Positions 26,449 to 39,341 of a stretch of 64,000 bases of DNA are shown piece after piece (the stretch's first letter is position 1; each line of letters starts with the position of its first letter). The translations under genes and the position numbers were made by a program. The DNA comes from Zootoca vivipara (lineage: Eukaryota): assembly GCF_963506605.1 (NCBI RefSeq), contig NC_083276.1, forward strand, positions 65,472,001 through 65,536,000, in the 5' to 3' direction. The notes below the pieces were generated by a model. That model did no database searches. It was not told where the DNA came from and saw only the letters and a program-made list of their open reading frames with translations.

Positions 26449-27810
26449 CTCTCCTCCGCTATTTGTAAGGCCTCGTTGGACAGCCATTTTGCTTTCTTGC
26501 ATTTCCTTTTCCTTGGGATGGTTTTCGTTGCTGCCTCCTGTATAATGTTACGAGCCTCCATCCATAGTTCTTCAGGCACTCTGTCCACCAAATCTAAATC
26601 CTTAAACCTGTTCCTCACTTCCACTGTGTATTCATAAGGGATTTGATTCAGATTGTATCTTACTGGCCCAGTGGTTTTTCCTACTTTCTTCAGTTTAAGC
26701 TGGAATTTTGCTATAAGAAGCTGATGATCTGAGTTACAGTCAGCTCCAGGTCTTGTTTTTGCTGATTGTATAGAGCTTCTCCATCTTTGGCTGCAGAGAA
26801 TATAATCAATCTGATTTCGATGCTGCCCATTTGGTGATATCCATGTGTAGAGTCGTCTCTTGTGTTGTTGGAAGAGAGTGTTTGTGATGACCAGCTTGTT
26901 CTCTTGACAGAACTCTATTAGCCTTTGCCCTGCTTCATTTTGAACTCCAAGGCCAAACTTGCCAGTTGTTCCTTTTATCTCTTGATTCCCTACTTTAGCA
27001 TTCCAATCCCCTGTAATGAGAAGAACATCCTTCTTTGGTGTCATTTCTAGAAGGTGTTGTAGGTCTTCATAGAATTGGTCAATTTCACTTTCTTCAGCTC
27101 CGGTAGTTGGTGCATAAACTTGGATTACTGTGATGTTAAAAGGTCTGCCTTGGATTCGTATCGAGATCATTCTGTCATTTTTGAGATTGCATCCCATTAC
27201 AGCTTTTGCCACTCTTTTGTTGACTATGAGGGCCACTCCATTTCTACTACAGGATTCTTGCCCACAGTAGTAGATACGATAGTCACCCGAACTGAATTCG
27301 CCCATTCCCTTCCATTTTAGTTCACTGATGCCCAGGATGTCGATATTTATTCTTGTCATCTCATTTTTGACCACATCCAGCTTACCTCCACTCATGGTTC
27401 TTACATTCCAGGTTCCTATGCAATATTTTTCTTTACAGCATCGGACTTTCCTTTCGCTTCCAGGCATATCCGCAACTGAGCGTCCTTTCGGCTTTGGCCC
27501 AGCCGCTTCATCAGCTCTGAATCTACTTGTACTTGTCCTCCGCTCTTCCTCAGTAGCATGTTGGACGCCTTCCGACCTGAGGGGCTCATCTTCCAGCGTC
27601 ATAACTTTTATATGCCTGTTGTCTTTGTCCATGGAGTTTTCTTGGCAGGGATACGAGTGGCTTGCCAGTTCCTTCTCCAGGTGGATCACGTTTAGTCAAA
27701 ACTCTCCACTATGACCTGTCCATCTTGGGTGGCCCTGCATGGCATAGCTCATAGCTTCTCTGAGTTATTCAAGCCCCTTCGCCACGACAAGGCATTGATC
27801 CATGAAGGGG
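26449..27810 (-). mobile_element. BovB (RTE clade) LINE, 5' 1.36 kb including the APE endonuclease; 3' part absent
   Basis: Uninterrupted 414-codon ORF with CIGTWNVR, ILGISELKW, QVYAPT, GDWNAKVG, NQIDYIL, SDHQLL; BovB-type 5' end CCCCTTCATGGATC..GCCTTGTCGTGGCGAAGGGGCTTG. Confidence 0.95.
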
Positions 27811-27967
27811 ATTCCTGACATACATGCCTCCAATACACTGTACCTCCCTCTTGTCACAATTCACATTGAGTTTATATATACAGTAGACTCTTATCCATCC
27901 CATTACTGCCCTCATTAGGTACAGTATTTGGACATCTTTACCCAACTTTGATGCACTGAGTCTAGAT

Positions 27968-28158
27968 CAGGGGTTGTCAAACTGGTCCCTACCACCCACT
28001 AGTGGGTGTTTCAGGATTCTAGATGGGTGGTAGGGGGTTCTACAGCACAAGCTGAATCCTCCTTCCATCGAGCACTGGTGGGCGGTAAGGAAATTTTACC
28101 ATCAAGAAAGATGCATTAGTGGGCAGTAGGTATAAAAAAGGTTGACTACCCCTGCCTG
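27968..28158. mobile_element. Non-autonomous hAT
   Basis: CAGGGGTTGTCAA...TTGACTACCCCTG termini; TSD GTCTAGAT at 27960-27967 and 28159-28166. Confidence 0.85.
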
Positions 28159-28248
28159 GTCTAGATTCTCACATTTGTAAAACTGTTGTGCCTTACCATG
28201 CAATGCTTTCCTCGATCACCTTTCCATGTGGTGCTACCATCATACCAT

Positions 28249-28582
28249 GGGGAATGGGCAGAGCTTAGTGGTATAGCATCTGCTTTGCATGCAGAAGGTC
28301 CCAGCTTCAGTCCTCAGCATCTTGAGGTAGGACTGGGAGAGAACCTGGTCTGAAATCCTGAAGAAAGCTGCTGCCAATCTGTGTAGACCATATTCATATC
28401 AGGCATGTCAAACCTGCAGCCCTCCAGATGTTTTGGACTACAATTCCCATCTTCCCCAACCACTGGTCCTGCTAGCTAGGGATCATGGGAGTTGTAGGCC
28501 AAAACATCTGGAGGGCCACAGGTTTGACATGCCTGAGCTAGATGAACCAATAGTATAACACAATACAAGGCAACTTCCTGTG
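28249..28582 (+). mobile_element. Squam3-type tRNA SINE interrupted by a hAT MITE (28400-28535)
   Basis: A/B-box head (agcatctgctttgcatgcagaaggtccc); MITE termini CAGGCATGTCAAACCTG...CAGGTTTGACATGCCTG. Confidence 0.8.
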
Positions 28583-30899
28583 TTTTTATCACATTCTGGA
28601 CCTTGTGGTGCTATAGTGTGGCAATTAAACCAGTTCCCTCACATGTCAATGACTAGGGTAAGCAAATGCTTCAGACTTCCACAGGAAACTCTGGATGTAA
28701 GCAGAAACCTACTTGCAAACCAATCTTTAGAAAGTTCTCACAAAATTTAGGCAGGCTCTTAAAACCCAATAAAACGAGCCAGATGAGAATTGGCATTATG
28801 AGTTGGCATCTCAGAAGTCTGCCTCATTTGAAAAGAAATGTCCAAAGTCTGTAATACAAAAAACTGCATACTTTCAGTATTTAAAACCATGGACATATGG
28901 CGCATTGGCATTTTGTGCCTGTGAGCTGGACTTCCGAGAGAATTATAAATCACAGTAAGGAATACGTGGTTAAACATTAGCATTCAGAACAAATTCATTG
29001 CAACTTTTCTTTCCTTCAAAATCTGGATTTTATTCTCATGCTGCTGAGGCAACCTCGAAGCAGGGTCATGCTTAATGTCACCTCTGAGGCACTGCAGTAC
29101 TAACATCTAAATCTGCTACATCAAGATAAAGAGCTCAACCCCATACAAATTAAAGCAATAAAATATTCAGTGTTCTATACTAAACACTAGTTCTCAGCCT
29201 CTGAGATCTTGATGAGATCACTTTGAAGAGTACAAATTGTTTGGAGAGGAAAGATATAAATTTAATAAATGCAGAGATTAAAGGATAAGGTGGGCTATAC
29301 ATTCTTAAAATAAAGAAATGAAATGCGTTTATTTGTCATATCAATTCTTCCTTTTAGCTTTGCTATCATAGGCCTACTTTAAAAGTCATGGCTGGTGTTA
29401 AAGCTGCACCTTCTTTGTATGATGGAATTTCATTATTTTAATCAAGGCATGCTAAAACAATTTTCTTGATGAGATAATTAGAAAATGAATGGGTGTGATA
29501 CATAGCTTGATTAAGAGCAGTCAACTGGATTCTTCAAGGGTAGAAATGGAGGACCATCCTTGAATGTAGGGAAAGTTATTCTGGGAACAGCCGATTTCAG
29601 TCAAGTACTGTACTGTATACTGTATACAACCCAGTCAGATGGGTGGGGTACAAATATTAAATTAATATCATCATCATCATCATGTAACAAAGGGGATCCA
29701 TGCTGCTCTGTTGTAAGATTTGGTTCCCAATCCTATGCAGAAGCAGAATGGCCATCACAAACATCTCTAGAACGTAACATAACTTGCAGTACATAACAGA
29801 TGCAACAGATTAACTCTGAAGGTCAACTGAAAGCTGAAACAAAGCTCCTATACCAGTGCCTCAGTCCAGAAATACCTTGTAGGTACAGAAACTTTAATCA
29901 GAGATGGATTTAGGGCAGCACAGCTGATTCCGCTGCACTGGGCACTGGGCCTAGGGGGCGCCACAGGGCATCACAACTATGGTGTTGTGCATGGAGCAGT
30001 ACAGAAGGCGGGGGGGGGAGAGCACCACATTTTGGCGTTGCACAAATTTGAAAGTCCTCCCTTACTTTGGTGCACACATGAAGCTCCCCCATAATTTGTA
30101 ATTCTCTATTCTCTTCGATGGAAGAGTCAGAATCAAATGGAATCACATACCCAGGGGTGCTACGATCCACTTTGGGAAGCACTGCTCTAGACCCACCCGA
30201 AACCACTGGAACCCCCCTCAAGGCCTTCTTCAAACTGATAGACTCCACTCCCAGGCCCTGACAAAATCGGAAATGTTTTCTGGTTGGCAACCCAAGTGGA
30301 GAAGCTTCTGAGGAGTTAAAATAAAATATCTGACATTGTGAATAACTTATGAGGATGAGCTATATGAGCAATTACACCAGAATTCAGGAAATCATCTCTT
30401 AAAATATTGATCTAAATGACCCTAGCAAAATCCCCTCAATTTCAGTGGAGCCAAATAAACTTGCAACAGATGAAGATCTGTTCTCCCAAAGGTACATTTA
30501 TGACGAGCGGATTGTGATGAGAAGGGAAAACTGAAAACTGCTAGAAGCAATGGCTATGACTAGTGCGAAGTGTGTGTGTCAGATTTTGTGTGTCAGATTT
30601 TATGCATAGAGTGGGAAGAGTTTCCTTCTCTTTTAGCACAGTAGACCTGCGACATGACCACAACATGGGTTTGTAAAGTCCAATCATCTCAGTGTGACCA
30701 CTCGCTGTGGCTACAGAATTAAAGAAGTGGACTTAAAAATGCAAATGTTAGACAGCACTGTGGTTTACAACATCCTATTTGTGCTAGAAAAGTTAGTTGA
30801 TTGAAAATGCCTGTCTCTGCTGCCCAGAACCATGCTCAAGAGCTCATTCAGACTTCCTTTTGTGCTGCATTTCTAGGCACAGGTCTGGGCTTTAGAGCT

Positions 30900-30995
30900 A
30901 AGAGTTCCTGGCTAAATATACCCAACTCCCTCAACTGTTCCTCATAAGGCTTGGTTTCTAGATCCTTGATCATCTTCGTCACCCACCTTTGCACT
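30900..30995 (-). mobile_element. CR1 ORF2 C-terminal fragment
   Basis: VQRWVTKMIKDLETKPYEEQLRELGIFS. Confidence 0.8.
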
Positions 30996-31515
30996 GCCCC
31001 TGGTATGAATGGCTTAATGGCATTGTAAATAACCGCAACATTTAAAAACACCACCACCCACTTCTGTTTAAATATCTATGATTTGACAAGCCTATTTGTG
31101 GACATCACAGTGCGAGAAGTGACAATCCAGAATGGGACGATCTGGGATACATCACTCTCTGCATTTCAAACTCGTCTGGTACACAGATTTCAGGTCAAAT
31201 GCTGCCAGTTCTGGGTCTGAGTTGCTGTTCTTCACAGGGGCTAAATTCATCTTTATTGTGAAATTGCAGCACTCTGGCTTGAGTTTCATGGAATGCAAGT
31301 CTGACACTAATTTCAACAAGCTTCATCAAGCAGCATTTTTCAGGCACCATGTAAGTATAAATATAAAACAGGTTATCATTGCTTTCATAAAAAATGTTGG
31401 TCTATTGCAGTGCATCAAGACTGTTAAGCATCAGGAGTCTTAATAAGAAAAATGGGGGGGGGGATCACAGTCTAAGGAGACTGACTGCCACACACCTATA
31501 TTCCTATACATATGC

Positions 31516-31517
31516 GA

Positions 31518-31573
<56 letters not shown>

Positions 31574-31590
31574 AGAAAGAAAGAAAGAAA
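31516..31590. repeat. (GAAA)n microsatellite
   Basis: Direct read. Confidence 0.95.
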
Positions 31591-32151
31591 ATCCTCAGCA
31601 CAAATTAAGGTGTAAGTGTCCTGTATGATGGAAGCTAATTGCCTGGAAGGCATCCTGCAGTTCTTCTGCAAGAGCAGTTCACTCATAATACTGTATATGG
31701 CTCCGCATAGAAACCACTTTACCCCTTTTTTATCCAACGCCTACATGAAACAAATACAAAGAAGTTCTTCAAGGTGTATAAATCTGCCAATCGTTAAAGC
31801 TTTGATAGAAACTCTCTGTTTATGAGAGGCAAATTATAACTCTAAAACTTTCTGCAGCTCTCTTGGCAAAAGCACTATGATTACACCAGAACTGACTGAT
31901 GGTGGATTCCCATAATGACCTTGTAGAAGGCAGGCAATGAACCTTGCTAAAAGGGGGGGGGGGGAGAGAGAGAGAGAGAGAGAGAGAAGAAAACACCTCT
32001 TTATACAACACATGCAAGTTTTGGAATTCATGACTCTCATTGTGGTGATGCCGGCGGCAACAACGGTGGCTTATTTAACACCACAGAGTTCACATTAGGA
32101 AAATTATTGATGTGGGTGATGGGGCAGCACAGACTTGGAGTGGGGTGGGGG

Positions 32152-32624
32152 CAGTGGCATAGCCCCAGGCACAAATTTCTGAGGGGGTACAACCGGGCAC
32201 CCTAATGACAGGCTCCTCATCGAGGCTGGAGCCGTTGGGAGGCAAGCTGCAACTGGGCCAGGCCTTCAAGGCTGGTGCAGTGGCACGTCCTTATCCTCAT
32301 GGCCGGCAAAGGAAGGCCCTCACACTCCCCGCCCCTGGCCGGTTGAGAGGGAGAGCAGCAGCGGCACCCAACAAGGAGGAAGGGAAGAAAAGGCAATCAG
32401 GAAACACTTCAGGAGCCATGTGCATTGCCCAAAGGATAGGAGGATGAGGTGACACAGCAGCGCTCCTGGCTTCTCATTTCTCTAACTTATCTCTTCTCCC
32501 AGGTTGGGGCTAGTCTACCCTTGAGTAGACAGTGGCCGGCGAAGGGGCTGATCACTGGCCAGTCCACAAGGGGGGCACAACACTTGTCCCGTCCCAGGTA
32601 CCAGCAACCCATGCTACGCCCCTG
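32152..32624. mobile_element. GC-rich non-autonomous hAT
   Basis: CAGTGGCATAGC...GCTACGCCCCTG TIRs; 8-bp TSD GGTGGGGG at 32144-32151 and 32625-32632. Confidence 0.88.
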
Positions 32625-34614
32625 GGTGGGGGATGCCTGTCCTTTGAATAGCTGTAGGGGAGGTAGCTGACTGGCAGGTGTGGCTTCTTTCATTACAATG
32701 TTAAGAGTACATTTTGCTGCAGCATCTGTAACAAGCATTTCTGTAGGTACCAGATCCCCCTTTCATATACCTGGATTACCAGGATACTGGGCTGGTGCTG
32801 AAACTGAGGAGAATTCAGGCCATTTACTGCTGCCACTCTCAGTGAAAGGGCTTACATGACATTTCCTCGAGCACACAAAGTCTGCAGAGAAATTTCTTAA
32901 ACACACACACAGCCTCCATAAGTCATTGGGGAAACATCTGAATCTTTAAAGGGAGGACAAATGGTTGTTATATATTGATTTCCACCCACTTCAAGCACTT
33001 TCCTAAGCAATGGCAATGTGCCATTATCCCCATTATAGAGCTCAATGTGAAAGTGCAAAGAGGGAAAACGGTTTGCCTAAGGTCACACTTACACAGGTTC
33101 TGAGTGGAGCAGGAACAAGAGACGTATCTCCTGAGTCCCATTCTAGCATCCTACTTAGTGGGAAATCACAGCGCGAGTTTGGCATTTTCTTCTGCCCTGG
33201 GATGGCCCGCTATATGTGATTTCAGGTTTTTGCAGCAAAAATTGGCACGTCACTTTATTTAACTTAATGGGCAAAACAGAAATAGTGAGTATACACTAGC
33301 TCGGGGCAGTGCAAGAATCATCTCAATGTGTGAATGTTGAAGAAAGCCATGCTAAAAGCAACATGGATCAAAATAGAATGTGGTAATGCAACATAATTTA
33401 GCAGGCTTCCATTCTGAGCTGTAAAAACCCTACAGTCATAATAGGGGAGAGCTAGAATGGGCCTTAAAAATGGCAAGGTAGTAATATTTAGATTAAGCAC
33501 TTCAAAATGTTGAAGGTGCTTGACCTACACTTTCTTGCAATCTTTACAACAACCCTGTAAGGTAAATAAATCAATATGGGTGGGATGTTTCTCCTCTTAG
33601 TTTTAATTTATCTATGTGGGGCTTATTGTCTGTTCGGTTGAAAATTGCTTTGGGTTGCCCTGGGCAAGATATAGCTACAGTACTGACAAATTTAAAAAAT
33701 AATAAAAATGACCAGTGTTATTACGGTATTCCCCCTCCAATGTGGAAGGAGGCACTCCTTCCGGTAGTTTGGCTCCAAGTCAACTTCGGGCATTGCAGGT
33801 TAACATGAACACATTTAATTGGGCTCAGACACAATATAGCAGTTTCCTCAGGACTGATGCCATTTGGGCCCATCTCACTGCTCTGGTTTACATCCTGGCT
33901 ACTACTACACCCCACAGAGTGCATTAAGCAAGAGTATCTCAGATGCTATTAGACTCCTATCAGCCCCAGCAGGCAAGCAGTCACCAGCATCCCGAGCATG
34001 TGGGAGAACTTCCTCTACTTCTCACCCACCCCCACTTCTCCCCACCCCCGCTAACCCAGCATGGGGCAAAAGAGGCACCTGCCTGAGTGTGCACCCCTCC
34101 ACCCCTTCCTTCTCTCCCCATGCTCTTTTTAAAAAAAGGCAAGACCCACTGTGAGCCCCACCTGGCTGGCAAGCAGCAATGGCCTGAGCATGCAGGTATA
34201 GTCACACTGCTCGAATCTCTTTTCAGAAGCCCCTGCACAGGTCAAAGGAAGCACCTACCACCAGCTGCATGTGCCTAGCGGGCAACAGTGGTAAAGGTGC
34301 TGGCACAGTACTCTGTAACAGAGCGTTCTAGCAGGGGAAAGAACACACTGCTTGGAACTACATCATAGCAGTGGTGATTGTATCTATGTATGTGCATCTG
34401 TTCACATAGTGCAGGAGTAGCTGGTGTGTTGCCCTCCAGATGTTGATGGACTGCAACTTCCATCAGCCCCAACCAACATGGTCAAGGATGATGGAAGTTG
34501 TAGTTCAATGGGCTCCAGGTCTACAGAGGGCACCACTTTGGCTACCCCCTAAAGTAGTCCATAAGATGAGTAGTCCATGAGTGGAGTAGTTCATAAGTTG
34601 AGTGCTGTTGTAAC

Positions 34615-34810
34615 CAGGGCTGTCTTAAGCATATCGGGCACCCTGGTGCTGTGGTGCGAAGATCGCTCCGGCGCGCCCCCCCACAGTTTCCCGCCGCGGC
34701 TGTCTGGCGGGCACAGCACTACTGCAGCGGGCGCAGCCGTGCGGCGCCCCCCAGGTGGCCCGGCGCCCTGGTGCCCTGCGCCACCCAGCCTTGCCTTAGA
34801 GCCGGCCCTG
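34615..34810. mobile_element. GC-rich non-autonomous hAT (cargo-free relative of 61065-61468)
   Basis: CAGGGCTGTC...GCCGGCCCTG TIRs; perfect TSD GTTGTAAC at 34607-34614 and 34811-34818. Confidence 0.9.
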
Positions 34811-34969
34811 GTTGTAACCCAAATTTCTGACCCAATCTACCCTTGATATAATATTCCCTCTCTCCTCATTTATTTGGCACGGTACTGAGCTTTGGGAAAC
34901 TGCTTTAGTGCAGCCTTCGGGTTCTATTGTCAATCCCCTCCAAACAAAATGGGAAAAGAAGTGGAAAAT

Positions 34970-34973
<4 letters not shown>

Positions 34974-35022
<49 letters not shown>
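34974..35022. repeat. (GA)n microsatellite
   Basis: Direct read. Confidence 0.95.
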
Positions 35023-35026
<4 letters not shown>

Positions 35027-35489
35027 CCCTTCCTCTCCTTCCAAGTAGAACAATTAGTACAGTGTAGTAAGATCAAGATATAGTTTCATAAACTCAGCAA
35101 TTAATGAAAGCTGATGTGACAGATGGAAGAACATGCACTGGGAACTGGAAATTAACTGTGCACTTTTTACATTAGGCAATCCTCTCATCAGGTTTCTTCC
35201 ATAGTTCTACAGACTTTTTTACTTTTTAGATTTTGCTGACCCTGACCCATTTTGCCACCCACAGGTCAGCAGTACTTCAGATAAAATGATGTAGTAGGTT
35301 TGAGATCATTTCCCAACTGGGTACTTATACTTGACCCCGGTGGGTGAGATGAATGAACAGTTTACACCGCAGCTCATCTGCCATCAGATTGCAAGCAATA
35401 TTTTAAAATCTATTGACTCAAGCAATTGCACAGGCTGTTTATCATTAAAGAAAATGTACCAAATGGAGCAGACATGTGAATAAAACCTA

Positions 35490-36385
35490 CAGGATTAAAG
35501 CGAGGGCAGGGGAATAAAATTTACTGCCTTCAGTGCATTGAAAGAAAACATTATGAAAGTGATGTATGAATGGTATATAACATCAGCAAAATTAGCTAAA
35601 ATGTATAAAACAGATAATAAATGTTGAAAATGTAAAGAAAAAGAGGGTACCTATTACCATATGTGGTGGGAATGTAAGAAAGTGAAGGGCTTCTGGGAAA
35701 TGATTTATAATGAGATTTTAAAAATGTTGAAATATACATTTGTTACAGAATGTTACAGAAATTCATAAGAATGATAAAAAAATGTTTTTTATATGTGATA
35801 ACTGCAGCAAGGATACTATCAGCCCAAAGATGGAAACAAAAAGAAATACCAACTAAAGAAGAGTGCCAAGAGAAACTGATGAACTGTGTTCAGATGGCGA
35901 GACTAATGGGAAATTCGGAACCAGCAGGACCAGACTTTCCTAAAGGAATAGAAGAAGTTTTCGATATACTGTATCTGGAAAGCAATTGTAATCAACTGAC
36001 ATCATTTACAGCAGTGTTCCTCAACCTTGGGCCTCCAGCTGTTTCGGGACTACAACTCCCATCATCCTGAGCTAGCAGGACCAGTGGCTGGGGATGATGG
36101 GAGTTGTAGTCCCAAAACAGCTGGAGGCCCAAGGTTGAGGAACACTGATTTATAGGGTTAAAAGAAGTTTTGTAAGGAGCAATTTATAAATTATTGTGAA
36201 AAGAATTAAGAATAGATGCATTGGAAATTTGAGTTTATAGCAATAATTATAGTAACAAAATGCATAATTAGAAAGACTTTAGAAAACCATCAGTCTTAGG
36301 CTGTGATAGCCAAAATTTTTGAAAGGATGTTATGCTGAAAAATATGTGTAAAAACTAATAAGAAATAATTTTAAAAATAAAATAA
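35490..36385 (+). mobile_element. L1-type LINE 3' end (ORF2 zinc knuckle + 3' UTR), degenerate
   Basis: C*KCKEKEGTYYHMWWEC CCHC motif, AARILSAQRWK, A-rich tail. Confidence 0.85.
36012..36147. mobile_element. Palindromic hAT MITE nested in L1
   Basis: CAGTGTTCCTCAACCTTGGGCC TIRs; TSD ATTTACAG/ATTTATAG. Confidence 0.92.
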
Positions 36386-37530
36386 AGAATCATAGAATTG
36401 GAAGAGACCACAAGGGCCATCCAGTCCAACCCCCTGCCAAGCAGGAAACACCATCAAAGCATTCTTGACATATGCCTGTCAAGCCTCTGCTTAAAGACCT
36501 CCAAAGAAGGAGACTCCACCACACTCCTTGGCAGCAAATCCCACTGCCGAACAGCTCTTACTGTCAGGAAGTTCTTCCTAATGTTTAGGTGGAATCTTCT
36601 TTCTTGTAGTTTGAATCCATTGCTCCGTGTCCGCTTCTCTGGAGCAACAGAAAACAACTTTTCTCCCTCCTCTATATGACATCCTTTTATATATTTGAAC
36701 ATGGCTATCATATCACCCCTTAACCTTCTCTTCTCCAGGATAAACATACCCCAGCTCCCTAAGCCGTTCCTCATAAGGCATCATTTCCAGGCCTTTGACC
36801 ATTTTGGTTGCCCTCTTCTGGACACATTCCAGCTTGTCAGTATCCTTTTTGAACTGTGGTGCCCAGAACTGGACACAGTACTCCAGGTGAGGTCTGACCA
36901 GAGCAGAATACAGTGGTACTATTACTTCCCTTGATCTAGATGCTATACTCCTATTCATGCAGCCCAGAATTGCATTGGCTTTTTTAGCTGCTGTATTGCA
37001 CTGTTAACTCATGTCAAGTTTGGGGTCTACCAAGACTCCTAGATTCTTTTCACATGTACTGCTCTCAAGCCAGGTGTCTCCCATCCTGTATTTGTGCCTT
37101 TCATTTCTTTTTGCCCAAGTGTAGTACTTTACATTTCTCCTTGTTAAAATTCATCTTGGTTGCTTTGGCCCAGCTGTCTAATCTGTTAAGGTCATTCTGA
37201 AGTGTGATCCTGTCCTCTGGGGTATTAGCCACCCCTCCCAATTTGGTGTCATCTGCAAACTTGCTCAGGATGCCCTCAAGCCCATCATCCAAGTCATAGA
37301 TAAAGATGTTGAATAAGACTGGGCCCAAGACAGAACCCTGTGGCACCCCACTAGTCACTTCTCTCCAGGATGAGGAGGAGCCATTGATGAGCACCCTTTG
37401 GGTTCAGTCAGTCAGCCAGTTACAAATCCACTGAATGGTAGCATTGTCTAGCCTGCATTTTACCAGCTTCTTTACAAGAATATCATGGGGCACCTTGTCA
37501 AAGGCCTTGCTGAAATCATGATAGGCTACA
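36386..37530 (-). mobile_element. CR1 LINE, 5'-truncated (RT + 3' end)
   Basis: [48 protein letters not shown]; (ATTCTATG)n tail. Confidence 0.96.
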
Positions 37531-38160
37531 TTCTGGTCCGTGGTTCGAAGGTTCAGGGTCGAGACAGTCCAAAGTAGCTGAAGCTGGGAGAAGGGCAGGG
37601 CATCAGGTGAGGTCAGGAACAGGTACGTAGGTCGGGAACTAAGGCAGGTCAGAAGCGTCGGCAGGGAAGCTAGGCAGGTCAAAGGCAGGAACACTGGCAG
37701 GGTCTAGCAGCCAACAATGTTGCTGCTGCAACCCAGGGCAGGGTTTGGCCACCTTTTATCTAGAATGGGGTAATGGACAGCCCCGATCCCCTGGCAACTC
37801 ACTTCCTCGCCTCGGCTGGAGGCAAGCACTCCTGCGAGTACTCAGGTCTCTTCTTCTATCAGCCCTGAGTCTCTGCAGCTCAGGAGACGCCGGTGGGTTA
37901 CTGGACCCAGGAGCCGCCTCAGTCCCAGCTGGCAGTGGGCCGGCTGCTGGTGACGACCCAGCTGAGGGCAACAAGGTATCCTCTGCATCTGGAACCAAGG
38001 GAGGCTCAGGCCCCAGACTCGGCTCAGCTGATGCTTGCTGCAGAGGAGGTTGAGCGGACTGAGGCTCCTCAGGACCAGGCTCCAAACTTGGTTCAGCTGA
38101 TGTCCCAGGCAGAGGGTCTGGTACAGGCTGCGATTCCTCTGCGAGTCCCAGGCCATCACA
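37531..38160 (-). mobile_element. Probable Gypsy-like LTR
   Basis: Starts TGTGATGGCC on the - strand; GC-rich U3-like region, ATAAAAGG TATA-like box, cctgacc-type repeats; similar layout at 46270-46855. Confidence 0.55.
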
Positions 38161-38189
38161 ATCAGAAACTAAAACAACTTAATGACCAC

Positions 38190-38444
38190 CTGATACAAAT
38201 GGAATGCAAATATCAGAGAATCCATAATTCCCTCCATCATAGGATGAAGATGTTGAGTTTTGATGTAGAAATCCTTGTCCTTAAAGTGGTTTTTCCTCCC
38301 CAGAAAAGAAGATAGAAATTCTTTTGTTCTTCGTTTGAGTTTGTAAAAATGGAATACGTACAAAGATGCGCTTTGGCACAGACCAACAAGGTGGCTGTCA
38401 CTTCTACCCACTATTGAATGTATACATTGCCATCTTGAGAGCAT
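38190..38444 (-). CDS. Candidate coding exon (255 nt, phase 0-0) of an unidentified gene
   Basis: ttctcctctggcaag acceptor, CAG|GTGGTC donor; one open frame MLSRWQCIHS...DSLIFAFHLYQ. Confidence 0.45.
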
Positions 38445-38522
38445 CTTGCCAGAGGAGAATGTGTGATGATTGTGTGGGCAGCACTCAGTGAGAAAGAACA
38501 CAAATCTCTCTGTTAAACCTAC

Positions 38523-38621
38523 TTTCTTCACAACCTGACGGTGATCTTTTAGGATGCTGCGAAAAACCTTAATTGTAACAATGCCAGCTCTGCACATTGT
38601 GTCGTCGTGGAACGCCTCCAT
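38523..38621 (-). CDS. Candidate start-codon exon of the same gene
   Basis: Strong acceptor (tttgtcctccttttctcttcag) ending at 38628, ATG 6 nt downstream, MEAFHDDTMCRAGIVTIKVFRSILKDHRQVVKK, AAA|GTAGGT donor, then a 78-nt intron. Confidence 0.45.
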
Positions 38622-39341
38622 TCAAAACTGAAGAGAAAAGGAGGACAAATTCTGTGGAAGATCGGCCTAAATCATTTTGGGAAATGTCTTTCCAGCTGAC
38701 AACGGAAAATTCAGAGAGGAAGCAAGTAAGATATGGATGTGGTGAAAAACCCGAAGAAACTGTATGAAACACCACTTTTCTTCATGGAAGGGGCCTGTCT
38801 CCTAAATGCAGCCTTCACTTATATGAGACCATATTCTGGAGGTTGCCCACTAGATTTCCCTGGGATAGTAGTACTCTGCCCTTTTCCTCATCCTGCCAGT
38901 TCTTTCTCCTGAGCAACTACCCAAGTGGCCCACTGCAAATGCGCAGAAAACTCTTCCCCACCCTTTAGTTGTACCCTGAAAACTGGTACTGCTGCTCAGA
39001 GGTTTCCTGGCAGTCCCCCAAGAAGCAAGTGTTACTCCAGAGTTGTTCTTTCCCTCTGTCAGGGAGAGAAAGAGATGGGAAACAGTTGCAGAGCTCAATA
39101 GGAGCTTGGCCAGGTGAACACAACACTTCATGCTGCTCTAGCACCAGGATTGTGGAGCAGAGACAGCAGCCCCACCTGCCAATCTCCAGTTAGGACCAGA
39201 AGGCCTTAAGAGGGTCAGGCAGAGCTGCCACCAGCCTCAGCTTCAGGAGGAGGATGGTCCTGCTTGGCTCTCTCATGGCCTTCTGGAATTAACTTACAGA
39301 AGTGCATAAAGAATGGAAGACACTTTCTAGTATTTGGCAAT

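Noticed and set aside
31238-31350. + strand exon-like segment ending CAT|GTAAGT
   Set aside because: No partner exons or recognisable product; plausible by chance.
37745-38159. Overlapping 100+ aa ORFs
   Set aside because: GC-rich LTR-like sequence that is open in several frames on both strands.
38190-38621. Cytokine resemblance (IL-15-like KEFLSSF, IL-1-family-like motifs)
   Set aside because: Only short scattered similarities; cysteine pattern and exon layout do not fit.
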